Positions 29,083 to 39,213 of a stretch of 64,000 bases of DNA are shown one piece after another; position 1 is the first letter of the stretch, and each line of letters starts with the position of its first letter. The notes beneath the pieces were generated by a model. It was not told the DNA's origin, did not search any database, and was given only the letters and a program-made list of their open reading frames with translations. The stretch is from assembly GCA_025359165.1 (NCBI GenBank), contig JANYHG010000063.1:4561-68560 (forward strand), given 5' to 3'. The DNA comes from Hyphomicrobiaceae bacterium. GTDB taxonomy: Bacteria > Pseudomonadota > Alphaproteobacteria > Rhizobiales > Hyphomicrobiaceae. The position numbers and the translations under genes were made by a program.

Positions 29083-30390
29083 ATGAACGCAATCGACAAA
29101 GCTGGCGGCAAATTCGCCAATCTATCGTGTGGCGACAAGCAAACGACCATGCCGGTCCGGTCCGGTACTATTGGTCCAGACGTGATGGACATCGGCAAGG
29201 TATATGCGAACACCGGCATGTTCACTTACGACCCGGGTTTTACGTCGACAGCCAACTGCTCGTCCAAGATCACCTATATCGACGGTGATGAGGGCGTTCT
29301 GCTCTATCGCGGATATCCGATCGAGCAATTGGCCAAGCAGTCGAGCCACTTGGAAGCCTGCTATCTCTTGCTGCATGGCGAGTTGCCGACGGCCGCGCAG
29401 TTCGAGGAATTCCGCAGCATCGTCACGCGCCACACGATGGTGCACGAACAGATGACGCGCTTCTTCACCGGCTTCCGCCGCGACGCGCATCCGATGGCGA
29501 TCATGTGCGGCTCGGTTGGCGCGCTCAGCGCCTTCTATCACGACAGCACCGACATCCACGATCCCAAGCAGCGCATGATCGCGTCGCACCGGTTGATCGC
29601 CAAGATGCCGACGCTGGCCGCCATGGCGTTCAAGTATTCGGTCGGGCAGCCGTTCATCTACCCCCGCAACGATCTCGATTACGCGTCGAACTTCATGCAG
29701 ATGTGCTTTGCCGTACCGTGCGAGCCCTATCACGTGAACCCGGTGCTGGCACGCGCGCTCGACCGCATCTTCATCCTTCACGCAGATCACGAACAGAATG
29801 CGTCAACATCGACGGTGCGGCTTGCGGGTTCGTCTGGTGCCAACCCGTTCGCGTGTATCGCGGCCGGCATCGCCTGCCTGTGGGGCCCTGCGCATGGCGG
29901 TGCCAATGAAGCGGCGCTCAAGATGCTGGAAGAAATCGGCGACGTGAAGAACATCAAAGGGTTCGTGGCGCGCGCTAAGGACAAGAACTCGGGTCAACGG
30001 TTGATGGGCTTCGGCCATCGCGTTTACAAGAATTACGATCCACGCGCAAAAGTGATGCAGGAGACCTGCTACGAGGTGCTGAAGACGCTCGGAATCAAAG
30101 ATCCGTTGCTGGACGTGGCGATGGAACTGGAGCAGATCGCGCTGCACGACGAGTATTTCATTGAGAAGAAGTTGTATCCGAACGTCGACTTCTACTCCGG
30201 CATCGTGCTGCGCGCGCTCGGCTTCCCGACGTCCATGTTCACCGTATTGTTCGCGGTGGCGCGTACGGCCGGCTGGATCGCCCAGTGGAAAGAAATGGTC
30301 GAGGATCCCGAGCAGAAAATTGGTCGTCCGCGCCAGTTGTATGTCGGCGCGCCCAAGCGGGAATACACTGACGTTGCAATGCGGGTTTAA
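29083..30390 (+). CDS. gltA: Citrate synthase GltA
   Basis: Signature [13 protein letters not shown]. 435 aa from ATG 29083. The ORF-track start 28774 adds an implausible 103 aa. Confidence 0.95.
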   Translation: MNAIDKAGGKFANLSCGDKQTTMPVRSGTIGPDVMDIGKVYANTGMFTYDPGFTSTANCSSKITYIDGDEGVLLYRGYPIEQLAKQSSHLEACYLLLHGELPTAAQFEEFRSIVTRHTMVHEQMTRFFTGFRRDAHPMAIMCGSVGALSAFYHDSTDIHDPKQRMIASHRLIAKMPTLAAMAFKYSVGQPFIYPRNDLDYASNFMQMCFAVPCEPYHVNPVLARALDRIFILHADHEQNASTSTVRLAGSSGANPFACIAAGIACLWGPAHGGANEAALKMLEEIGDVKNIKGFVARAKDKNSGQRLMGFGHRVYKNYDPRAKVMQETCYEVLKTLGIKDPLLDVAMELEQIALHDEYFIEKKLYPNVDFYSGIVLRALGFPTSMFTVLFAVARTAGWIAQWKEMVEDPEQKIGRPRQLYVGAPKREYTDVAMRV

Positions 30391-30420
30391 AAAGCGCTTA
30401 CCGATCGGCAGTCGCACTCG

Positions 30421-30451
30421 AGATACCGTCAGAACCAGTTCTGACGGTATC
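30421..30451 (+). terminator. Hairpin downstream of gltA
   Basis: Near-perfect palindrome AGATACCGTCAGAAC-CA-GTTCTGACGGTATCT followed by TTTCC. Confidence 0.5.
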
Positions 30452-30474
30452 TTTCCATTCCGCAGCCATAGAAC

Positions 30475-30502
30475 AAAAAACCGCATCCTCTCGGATGCGG
30501 TT
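30475..30502 (-). terminator. Intrinsic terminator of the 1145-aa gene
   Basis: The minus strand reads AACCGCATCC-GAGA-GGATGCGGTT followed by TTTTTTG. Confidence 0.7.
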
Positions 30503-30530
30503 CATAAAGTGATTTGCAACGAATTGGCTG

Positions 30531-33500
30531 CTACCCCATGCGGGCGCGACCTTGGTCGGCACTGGCTGCAAGTGTCGCCATGCCGCGACCGAAAGCGTTG
30601 AGCGATGCGATGATGGCCTGCCAATGATCCGGACTGCGATCGGCCTGGCTCAGTTCTGCCATATGCCGACGCAGCAAATCACGTTGGGCGGATTGATAGG
30701 CCTGCAATCGACCGTCCGCGTGATCTTCGTTGAGCTGGACTTCCATCGTCTGCACAATGTTACCGTAAGCTTGACCGGGCATCAGCACCATCAGCGCAGT
30801 CATGTGTTTCAGCGTGTCAGCAAGCGTATTGAGACGCATCGCTGCATCGGCGGGGCCCGCGAGCAGGCCCTCGAACGAACCGCGCGCTGCTTCGATGCTG
30901 TCTTCCAACCCGGTCTTCGCCTGCTGCAACGCAGAGCGGATCTGGTCATCGTAGCGCATCACATTGCCCAGCGCGATTTCCAGCGCCGGCACGTCGATCG
31001 TCGGGCTCTGGTCGCGCACGTAGGCAATCTGCTCGGGGTGCAGTGTCAGCATTTCTCGGGCAAAATGCTCGCACAGCTCGCGGTCAAATTCGCTTGCGCG
31101 GATTTCCGAGACCGGATCGATATCCTGCGCCGACCGCCGCTGGGGCCGCGCAGCATCAAAAGCGCCTTCGTCTGCGGGCACGTTGGTGTTGGACGCGCGA
31201 TCCGGATCAACGCCAAAGTCGCGACCACTTCCAGCGACGCGATTGTCGGGAAGGTTTTTGCGTGGCGCGGCTGGAGCGATTTGCGGCACTTGCTCAGACA
31301 GTCGTCCGCCATCGCGTGCCCGTCCGCCATGGCCTATCTGGGTCGCGACACGGCTACCGCTCAACAGCATGCGCGCACGGATTTTTGACAGCGTCTTGTA
31401 AAGATCGGCATGCAGTTCGTAGGGTGCATCAGCCACGTTCGGCGTGATGCGAACTGCGCGATGAGCAGCGCCAGCGTTGAGCACGCGCCGTACGACGGCA
31501 ACGTCACTGTCTTGCACCTGCTTGAGAATGATCTGGCTCATGAAGCCGTCGTCGGTCGCATTCATCGGGTGGGCGTAGTGGAGCACGGTCTCTGCGTTGG
31601 CCATCTCGTCCGGCAGCAGTGCGACCCGGACCATTTTCTCAAGTTCGCCCTGTCGGACCTTCTCGACGACATCTTCCTGGACAAGTTTGCCGTGCTTTTC
31701 GAAGGCGCGCGCGCCTGTCATGGCCAGATACTCGTAAAGCTCGGGCCGGATCGCATAGACGCTCGGCTCACTGGGGTTGCGCAACACAGCACCGATCGTC
31801 GCGCCGGCATTGAGCACACGCCGTACGACCACTGCACCGTCGGGATCGAGTTCTCGAAGATCGACGATGGCCGTATGCCCAGGCACGCTCGTGTCGGCGT
31901 GCATCGCCTCGATGGCTATGCGGGCGTTTTCGAAACGATGCGGCAACAGTGCGTTGTCCATAATGCCTTCGAGTTGCTCCGCCGACCGCGCCTTCGACGT
32001 CGGGACGTCCGACAGCGGCGACCGAACCGCATTGGCACCGAATAATCCCGACATGAACACCAGGCCGTCGACAGCGATAGCGATCGCCAGCGACAGGTAA
32101 GCCAGCCGGTTGCCGTCCTGGAACGCGTTCCAGGTCACGACGAAGCGGTTGGCCTTGTCGTCGCGGTTGAGTTCGATGAAATTGATCTGCTGGCGCAGTG
32201 TGTCCGTGCTCTTCGACGCCAGACCGCTATCCTGCACGCACTTCCGCGCGAAGCCGAACAGGTCGTCGGCCGATTTGTAGGTCGCCAGCTTGTCGCCGCC
32301 GGCGCAATTGGCCTCGAATGCGACCATGCCGGCGTTTAACGCGAACACACGAGAGGCGGCTTCGGATGCCGTCTTCGGATCGCAGTCGATGCCACGGACC
32401 CGCTCTTTGGTCGCCGGCGTCGACATCGACTGCACCAGCTGCGAGCACATCGTCTGAACCTGCGCGAGACCTTCGACCTTGGGGGTCTGGCGAAATTCGG
32501 CGCGCGCCTTCTCGAACGCAGGAATAATGCGGGTCGGGTCGAGCTTCGGGCCTTCGCCGGCGGCGATGGCTTCGTCCGTCAGTTTGATGCGCTGCTCGGC
32601 GGTCTGCGCCTCGCCCTTGAGTTTGGCCAGATCACCGTCGACCAGTGACAGCTCGCGTTCGATCTGGGTTACGCGCTGTTCCACCACTTGAAAGCGCTTC
32701 TGCGCATCGCGCAGGCGTTCCTCGGCGATCTTCAGCTTATCCTTCAGAGTGGCTTCTTCCGTTTTGCGTTGGCGAAAGATCGCGCCCTCGCCGACCTTCC
32801 CGGTTCCCTCGACACCACGGGCTTCGGCCATGGCTTCGACACGCTTTGCATCGATCTCGCGCTGGATGGATTCGACATCGCTTTTACGCTTCGAGAAATC
32901 CTCGGCCAGCGAGGGTCGATCTGCCTTCAGCCGCGCCAGCTCATCCGTCATCGACGTTTTTTTGCTGGCGAGGCCGGCCGAACTGCTGTTGGCCGTCGCT
33001 ATGCGCTCCTGCTGGGTTGCCTTCGCGGCACGGTTATCCTCCATCTGTTTTTGGAAATATTCCTCGATCAGCTTCTGGCTGCTCTGGGCGGCGGCGGACA
33101 ATTTCGCCAACTGTTCGTCGTAAGCGCGCCAACCCTCGGTCGCAAAAAGCTGCTCGGTTTCCGCGAGATGGCCACTCACGATCGTGCCGCCGATGTCGTT
33201 GATGATGCCGGCAACCTGGTTCTGGGCGCGCAATTCGGCCGCACGCACCCGCTCGGACGCCGGGAAGATCGTCGAGAACAAACTGTCGAACGAAAAGAAT
33301 ACGCTGGTCGCCATACAGGCGAGGAACATCACCCAAAGGACAGCTGTGCGAATAATCACCCGCGTCGCATCGAAATAGCCACGCAAGGTGTGGGCACGCG
33401 CCGCGACGATCAGCAATCCCAGCGCCAAGAAACCGCCACCGACCAGCGACATCCAGAGCGCTATACGCCCCGGATCAGGCCTACCGTTCTGGAACCCGTG

Positions 33501-33968
33501 GAGTATGGCCGCGACTCCGGAGAGCGCGATGCCGCCAAGCGTCAATCCGAGCGCCGATTTCAATCCGGTATCTGTCGACACCATCGCGCCCGACAGTTTT
33601 CCAGCGGGAATTTGCTGATTCATGCCGGTGGCGAAGCTTTCGCCGATCAACCACGCCACGATCAACATAAGACCTTGTATGCCGAACGTGACCATCGCCG
33701 ACAAAACAGGCTCGCCGGTGAAATTCTTCATGCCGTCCCAGGTCGTCCAGCCCGAGGCCAGCGACAACACGATACCGGTCGTTCCAAGCAATCCCAGCTG
33801 CCAATTACTGAGGAAAACGGCCTCCACGATGCGTCCGAGCCGGGCAAAAAACGGGCGCGCATAGAGAAATGCAACACCCAGCGACAGCATCCCGACAAAG
33901 AACGGCAGTTTGTCCGTCGTCAGACCGAGGCTCAAGAGCAGGGATTGCAGATACTCGACGATCGCCAT
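30531..33968 (-). CDS. Large (1145 aa) polytopic membrane protein with long coiled-coil and duplicated C-terminal module; unknown family
   Basis: About 6 TM segments in aa 1-235. Heptad-rich, charged segment at aa 240-470. A 4-Cys segment at aa 500-580. One more TM (LAYLSLAIAIAVDGLVFMSGLFG, aa 623-644). Two modules of about 90 aa both start ALLP and contain VVRRVLNAGA. Then a low-complexity linker and a helical C-terminal domain. No nucleotide-binding or catalytic motif seen. Confidence 0.75.
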   Translation of the reverse strand: MAIVEYLQSLLLSLGLTTDKLPFFVGMLSLGVAFLYARPFFARLGRIVEAVFLSNWQLGLLGTTGIVLSLASGWTTWDGMKNFTGEPVLSAMVTFGIQGLMLIVAWLIGESFATGMNQQIPAGKLSGAMVSTDTGLKSALGLTLGGIALSGVAAILHGFQNGRPDPGRIALWMSLVGGGFLALGLLIVAARAHTLRGYFDATRVIIRTAVLWVMFLACMATSVFFSFDSLFSTIFPASERVRAAELRAQNQVAGIINDIGGTIVSGHLAETEQLFATEGWRAYDEQLAKLSAAAQSSQKLIEEYFQKQMEDNRAAKATQQERIATANSSSAGLASKKTSMTDELARLKADRPSLAEDFSKRKSDVESIQREIDAKRVEAMAEARGVEGTGKVGEGAIFRQRKTEEATLKDKLKIAEERLRDAQKRFQVVEQRVTQIERELSLVDGDLAKLKGEAQTAEQRIKLTDEAIAAGEGPKLDPTRIIPAFEKARAEFRQTPKVEGLAQVQTMCSQLVQSMSTPATKERVRGIDCDPKTASEAASRVFALNAGMVAFEANCAGGDKLATYKSADDLFGFARKCVQDSGLASKSTDTLRQQINFIELNRDDKANRFVVTWNAFQDGNRLAYLSLAIAIAVDGLVFMSGLFGANAVRSPLSDVPTSKARSAEQLEGIMDNALLPHRFENARIAIEAMHADTSVPGHTAIVDLRELDPDGAVVVRRVLNAGATIGAVLRNPSEPSVYAIRPELYEYLAMTGARAFEKHGKLVQEDVVEKVRQGELEKMVRVALLPDEMANAETVLHYAHPMNATDDGFMSQIILKQVQDSDVAVVRRVLNAGAAHRAVRITPNVADAPYELHADLYKTLSKIRARMLLSGSRVATQIGHGGRARDGGRLSEQVPQIAPAAPRKNLPDNRVAGSGRDFGVDPDRASNTNVPADEGAFDAARPQRRSAQDIDPVSEIRASEFDRELCEHFAREMLTLHPEQIAYVRDQSPTIDVPALEIALGNVMRYDDQIRSALQQAKTGLEDSIEAARGSFEGLLAGPADAAMRLNTLADTLKHMTALMVLMPGQAYGNIVQTMEVQLNEDHADGRLQAYQSAQRDLLRRHMAELSQADRSPDHWQAIIASLNAFGRGMATLAASADQGRARMG

Positions 33969-34329
33969 TCACAACTCCTGGTCCTCTCGACGGCCCAGCC
34001 TCTCGTGTCGATTACACCGCAGCACAGATCGCGTCATTAAAGTGATACGCACCGCGTCGGTCTGCACAATGTCTCGAACCTGATGAATTCCACAACGCCT
34101 CAGTAAGCAGTTTCATCAACAACCAGCTTAATCGGCACTTCTTTACGCGTCTTCGGGGCAAGCTTTCAATGCGCGCTGCCTTATGTGGCGGATGAATGCG
34201 ACAAAAACGTGAGGGTTTGCACGCTCGCCTGGCACCGCGACCGGCATTCCGCTCGCGCTTGTCTCGCAGCTAGGTTTGTTCTACGGAAACACTCCTCACA
34301 TCGTCGGCACGTCAGGACAGCGAGCCCTA

Positions 34330-34668
34330 ATGACCTTCATCGTCAACGACAACTGCATAAAGTGCAAATTTACCGATTGCGTCGAAGTCTGCCCCGTGGA
34401 CTGCTTCTACGAGGGTGAGAACATGCTGGTCATTCATCCTGACGAATGTATCGATTGCGGCGTCTGCGAGCCGGAGTGCCCCGTCGAGGCCATCAAGCCG
34501 GACACGGAACCTAACCTGGAAAAATGGCTTGAGCTCAACCGAGAGTATTCGGATAAGTGGCCGAACATCGCCTCAAAAAAAGAAGCACCCGCTGACGCTG
34601 ATGCGTTCAGGGACGAAACCGGGAAATTCGAGAAATACTTCTCAGACAAACCGGGCGACGGCAACTAG
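34330..34668 (+). CDS. fdxA: 7Fe ferredoxin FdxA
   Basis: Cys clusters [15 protein letters not shown] and [13 protein letters not shown]. 112 aa from MTFIV. Confidence 0.92.
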   Translation: MTFIVNDNCIKCKFTDCVEVCPVDCFYEGENMLVIHPDECIDCGVCEPECPVEAIKPDTEPNLEKWLELNREYSDKWPNIASKKEAPADADAFRDETGKFEKYFSDKPGDGN

Positions 34669-34903
34669 CGGTCCCCCATAATCATCGATTGCAATAGCTT
34701 GACGTACAACCTCTGCGCTCGGTCAAACAATTTATTGATCGCCGCATAGATTGTGCGCGTGTTCCCGCTTCAAAAGCTGTCAACAATATGTTATTGTCGC
34801 CAATATGTAGCGCTGGCATGAACACAAACGGAACATCGACCAGTTTATGGCACGCACGCTGCAGCTCAAGTGGCTCTCTCGACAGGGTCCATTACTGAAG
34901 ATG

Positions 34904-34938
34904 GAACCGATCTCTATGTTTGAGCGGTTCGGTTTTTT
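34904..34938 (+). terminator. Intrinsic terminator in the fdxA-carD spacer
   Basis: GAACCG(AT)CTC-TATGTTT-GAGCGGTTC followed by GGTTTTTTC. The T-run is only on the plus strand. Confidence 0.6.
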
Positions 34939-35142
34939 CACTATGGCCTGACAATTAGACCACCTTATAGAAGTACCACCTGAGAGGCGACCAAGTATCG
35001 AACTTGGTCAGAACTACCGGACATGAGCCCGGCGACTTTCCCGGGTGTGTATGCCGCTGTGACGGTGCATGTCAATGCAACCTGCGCAGCTTGCGCGTCT
35101 GCGGTCGTCGCCGGCGCGAACAGGGGCAAGGAGTAAGTCGAT

Positions 35143-36324
35143 ATGCCGTCGAAGAGCAAGTCACCAGGCAAGTCCAGCACCATCGCTCGGGATGCCAAGA
35201 CACAAACGGCTAAAGTTAAATCGACACAGCTGCCTCACACCGCAAACAAGCTGCCATCGGCAAAAGTCCATACCGCTTCAGGCGGTAAAGTCGCGAAGGT
35301 ACCGGCTGCGAAGACTACCGCCGTCATTCCGGCGCAAAAGCATGTAACTGTCGTGAAAACCAATCAACCGCGGATACCCATGGCCACTTCATCTGCCTCC
35401 AAAGTCGCCAATGCCGCTAAACCGGCCGGCAAATCCGCAGCAGCAAAGCCAAACGTCAAAGGCGTAGCTGTGGGCGTGACCACAAAGGCTGCACCACCTG
35501 CAGCCAAGCCGGTCAAAGCCGCACCTGCTCCTGTCAAACCTGCGGTCGATACCAAACCAGCAAACAAGACGACTTCACCTCACGTCGCACCTACCGCCGC
35601 CACCGCAGCTCAGTTCCAGGCTCAACGTCAGGCATCACAGCGAACGACGCCGGTACGTGCAATGCCGGCTGCCGTGGCTGCTGCACAGCGCATTTCAGTG
35701 CCGGCTGCACCTGTCGCGGCTGCTCCCGTCGTCGCACCCAAGGATGCCGGCCCCAAAAAACCGATCAACATCCGGCACGGCTTCAAGACAAATGAGTGGA
35801 TCGTGTATCCGGCGCACGGCGTCGGTCGGATCGTCGCGATTGAGGAGCAGGAAATCGCCGGCATGGCGCTCGAACTGTTCGTGATCACGTTCGAAAAGGA
35901 CAAGATGACGTTGCGTGTGCCGACAGGCAAATCAGCCAGCGTCGGCATGCGCAAGCTCGCCGAGGAAGGCGTGGTCAAGCGCGCCATGGAGACGCTCAAA
36001 GGCAAAGCCCGGATCAAGCGCACAATGTGGAGCCGGCGCGCGCAGGAGTTCGAGCAGAAGATCAACTCGGGCGATCTTGGGTCTATCGCCGAAGTGGTGC
36101 GCGATCTCTTCCGCGCTGAAACTCAGCCCGAACAGTCGTATTCGGAGCGACAGCTTTATGAAGCCGCCCTGGATCGCATGGCACGCGAAATCGCGGCGGT
36201 CGAGAAGATCGACGAACGTGGTGCCATTCAGCGCATTACGGAAGTACTGTCCAAAAGCGCAAAATCGCGTCGCGCCGAGTCCGACGCGACCGCTGCTGCC
36301 GCCGGTGACATAAAGGCTGCTTAA
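35143..36324 (+). CDS. carD: CarD/CdnL-family transcriptional regulator with long Lys/Ala/Pro-rich N-terminal extension
   Basis: CarD_CdnL_TRCF domain from about aa 213 (FKTNEWIVYPAHGVGRIVAIEEQEIAG...). AAGGAG lies 9 nt upstream of ATG 35143. The first 210 aa or so are low-complexity K/A/P/V/T. Confidence 0.8.
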   Translation: MPSKSKSPGKSSTIARDAKTQTAKVKSTQLPHTANKLPSAKVHTASGGKVAKVPAAKTTAVIPAQKHVTVVKTNQPRIPMATSSASKVANAAKPAGKSAAAKPNVKGVAVGVTTKAAPPAAKPVKAAPAPVKPAVDTKPANKTTSPHVAPTAATAAQFQAQRQASQRTTPVRAMPAAVAAAQRISVPAAPVAAAPVVAPKDAGPKKPINIRHGFKTNEWIVYPAHGVGRIVAIEEQEIAGMALELFVITFEKDKMTLRVPTGKSASVGMRKLAEEGVVKRAMETLKGKARIKRTMWSRRAQEFEQKINSGDLGSIAEVVRDLFRAETQPEQSYSERQLYEAALDRMAREIAAVEKIDERGAIQRITEVLSKSAKSRRAESDATAAAAGDIKAA

Positions 36325-36344
36325 AAGTCGCTTGAACGCAACGT

Positions 36345-36382
36345 CGCCAATGCCCGATCGCATCAGCGGTCGGGCATTGGCG
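36345..36382 (+). terminator. Stem-loop downstream of carD
   Basis: Perfect 13-bp stem CGCCAATGCCCGA / TCGGGCATTGGCG with a 12-nt loop. No clear T-tract. Confidence 0.45.
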
Positions 36383-36598
36383 TTAATGGCAACAATGCCT
36401 CGCGACCCTAACAGAACGCGCGGCTAGAGAAGTTGCTTGAAATATTTACAGGCTCCGCTTTGCATTGCGACCTGCCATGAGGCAGATGCGAATGTCCTCA
36501 CGTCGCCGAGCCACGGTGATTGCCAGCCGAGACTCGAGCCGTTACCACCATCGCTCACTTAAGATACATGACCGCGCCCTTTAAACTCCGAGCCCTGT

Positions 36599-37897
36599 GT
36601 GCCCGTCACGATTTCAGCACCACCCAATCCAAAAGTATCAGGCGTGTCGGCGCCACGCGTCGTTACGTTGGGTTGCCGGCTGAACGCTCATGAAAGTGAC
36701 GTGATGGCCGCGCACGCTGCGGCCGCCGGGCTCGATGAATGTGTCATCGTCAATACTTGTGCGGTTACCGGCGAGGCCGTGCGCAACGCACGCCGGACCA
36801 TTCGTCGGCTGCGCCGTGAAAACCCCAATGCCAAGCTGATCGTGACTGGCTGCGCCGCGCAAACAGAGCCGGAAATGTTCGCTGCGATGACCGAAGTCGA
36901 TCACGTGATCGGCAACGGCGAGAAGATGCGGGCCGAGACGTTCGCTGGGTTGTCGCTGGCGTCGAGTCCCCGCGTGGCTGTCGACGACATCATGAGCGTA
37001 CGCGAGACAGCTGGGCATCTTGTCGCCGGTTTTGGACAGCGCACGCGAGCCTATATCCAGGTGCAGAACGGCTGCGATCATCGCTGCACCTTCTGCATCA
37101 TCCCCTTCGGGCGTGGACCATCGCGCTCGGTGCCGGCAGGCGAGGTGGTCGCTGCCGTCCGTCAGGTCGTCGAATCCGGCGCGCTTGAAATTGTTCTGAC
37201 CGGGGTCGACATCACTTCGTACGGCCCCGATCTCCCGGGATCGATGACGCTCGGCAAATTGGTGCGCCAAATCTTGAAGCACGTACCTGAACTCCGCCGC
37301 CTGCGACTTTCATCGATCGATCAACCCGAAGTCGACGCGGATCTCATGACAGCACTTGCAGACGAGCCGCGCTTCATGCCGCATCTGCATCTCTCATTGC
37401 AGGCGGGCGACGACATGATCCTCAAACGTATGAAGCGTCGACATCTGCGGGGTGATGCGATCCGCTTTACGCAGGAAGCTCGCAGGCTGCGGCCCGACAT
37501 CGTATTCGGTGCCGATCTGATCGCCGGATTTCCGACAGAGACGGACGCGATGTTCGACAACTCCCTGGCGATGATCGACGACTGCGGCCTGACCTATTTG
37601 CATGTCTTCCCCTACTCGCCGCGCCCCGGCACACCTGCGGCGCGCATGCCGCAGGTTTCAGGCCGTGTGATCAGAGATCGTGCGGAGCGCCTTCGCGCCA
37701 AAGGAAATTTGGCGTTGCGAGACACCTTGGCACATCAGGTCGGCAAACCTTCTGATGTCCTTGTGGAACGGGACGGCGTCGGGCGGACGCCGCAATTCGC
37801 CGAAGTGAAGTTGGACCGGCCCATCCCCGGTACATTACAGCAGGTGCGCATCGTGGCCGCCAACGCCACTCATCTGCAGGGCGAGGTCATCGCGTGA
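36599..37897 (+). CDS. mtaB: Radical-SAM methylthiotransferase, MtaB-like (MiaB family)
   Basis: N-terminal UPF0004-type domain (VVTLGCRLNAHESDVM) and radical SAM motif CDHRCTFC. GTG start. The MtaB versus MiaB/RimO subtype is inferred from size and the mtaB-ftsY synteny. Confidence 0.7.
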   Translation: MPVTISAPPNPKVSGVSAPRVVTLGCRLNAHESDVMAAHAAAAGLDECVIVNTCAVTGEAVRNARRTIRRLRRENPNAKLIVTGCAAQTEPEMFAAMTEVDHVIGNGEKMRAETFAGLSLASSPRVAVDDIMSVRETAGHLVAGFGQRTRAYIQVQNGCDHRCTFCIIPFGRGPSRSVPAGEVVAAVRQVVESGALEIVLTGVDITSYGPDLPGSMTLGKLVRQILKHVPELRRLRLSSIDQPEVDADLMTALADEPRFMPHLHLSLQAGDDMILKRMKRRHLRGDAIRFTQEARRLRPDIVFGADLIAGFPTETDAMFDNSLAMIDDCGLTYLHVFPYSPRPGTPAARMPQVSGRVIRDRAERLRAKGNLALRDTLAHQVGKPSDVLVERDGVGRTPQFAEVKLDRPIPGTLQQVRIVAANATHLQGEVIA

Positions 37898-39000
37898 GCC
37901 AGGAACCTGAAAAGAAGCGGGGGCTGTTCGGCAGGTTGTTCGGTGGCAAGGCCGAACCGATCAAAGACGAGATCATGCAGACGGAGATCGAGGCGGTCGA
38001 GTTCGACGCTCCGGCCCTCGAACAACCGACTGAAGCAGCGCACTCCGACAGACCCGCCGAGCCCGCCACTGACGAACCGCCTGTCAAAGTCGGCTGGTTC
38101 CAGCGCCTCAAAACCGGCCTGGCTAAAACCAGCGCCAAGCTGAGCGACGGCATTACAGGCGTCTTCACCAGGCGCAAGCTCGACAACGAAACACTGGAGG
38201 ACCTAGAGGATCTTTTGATTCAGGCCGATCTGGGCCTCGAAACGACGGAGGCGATCACCTCGACTCTTCGCAAGACACGCTATGACAAGACAATCGCACC
38301 GGAGGAAGTGCGGCAGGTTCTCGCCGACGAAGTAGAGCGTGTTTTGACGCCGGTCGCGCAGCCGTTGACGATCAGCGGCCGCAACAAGCCGGAAGTCATC
38401 CTCTTCGTCGGGGTCAACGGCACTGGCAAAACGACTACGATCGGCAAACTTGCGGCCCGCTTCACCGCCGAGGGGCGCTCGGTCATGTTGGCTGCAGGTG
38501 ACACGTTTCGCGCCGCCGCGATCGAGCAGTTGACGGTTTGGGGGGAGCGTACGGGCGTGCCTGTCATTTCGCGCGACGTCGGCGCGGACGCGGCGGGTCT
38601 GGCATTCGATGCGATGGCCGAGGCCAAAGGCGCGAACGTCGATGTCCTTATGATAGACACTGCGGGGCGCTTGCAGAACAAGAAAGGGCTTATGGAGGAA
38701 CTCGAAAAAGTCGTGCGAGTTCTCAAGAAAGTAGATCCGGCAGCCCCGCATCAGGTGTTGCTCGTGCTCGACGCGACGACGGGGCAAAATGCCATGTCCC
38801 AGGTCGAGGTATTTCGACAGGTCGCAGGCGTGACAGGCATTGTTATGACGAAGCTCGACGGCACGGCTCGCGGCGGGATCCTCGTCGCAATTTCGGCGAA
38901 GTTTAAGGTTCCTGTCGTAGCGTTGGGAATCGGTGAACGAATCGAAGACCTGCAACCGTTCGTCGCCCGCGAGTTCGCACAGGCGATCGCGCAGGTGTAG
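37894..39000 (+). CDS. ftsY: Signal recognition particle receptor FtsY
   Basis: Acidic N-terminus and NG domain with GVNGTGKTTT, DTAGR and TKLDG. GTGA overlap with the mtaB stop. Confidence 0.93.
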   Translation: MSQEPEKKRGLFGRLFGGKAEPIKDEIMQTEIEAVEFDAPALEQPTEAAHSDRPAEPATDEPPVKVGWFQRLKTGLAKTSAKLSDGITGVFTRRKLDNETLEDLEDLLIQADLGLETTEAITSTLRKTRYDKTIAPEEVRQVLADEVERVLTPVAQPLTISGRNKPEVILFVGVNGTGKTTTIGKLAARFTAEGRSVMLAAGDTFRAAAIEQLTVWGERTGVPVISRDVGADAAGLAFDAMAEAKGANVDVLMIDTAGRLQNKKGLMEELEKVVRVLKKVDPAAPHQVLLVLDATTGQNAMSQVEVFRQVAGVTGIVMTKLDGTARGGILVAISAKFKVPVVALGIGERIEDLQPFVAREFAQAIAQV

Positions 39001-39213
39001 GGGCGGAAGCGATCCGATCGCGGTGTTGCATCGCAACGCGCGGCTGGAGAACGTCTCCGCTGGTGCCAACTTGTATTTGCAGCGTGGACTGGCGTGCGTT
39101 AAGCGTTCGGGACAGGTCGTGTCGGCGCAGGTTGCGAAGATTGGAAATGCAGGTTGCCGATCGGATCTGCGGATGCACGCGGGCCACGGCGCAACGGGGA
39201 ATTGCCTAGTCGA

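Noticed and set aside
32688-34040. 450-aa ORF on the plus strand antisense to the 1145-aa gene, together with several other plus-strand ORFs of 100-280 aa between 30552 and 33864.
   Set aside because: The composition is Arg/His/Gly-rich and low-complexity, with no motifs. The ORFs lie fully inside a much longer, better-structured minus-strand gene. This is the typical shadow ORF of high-GC DNA.
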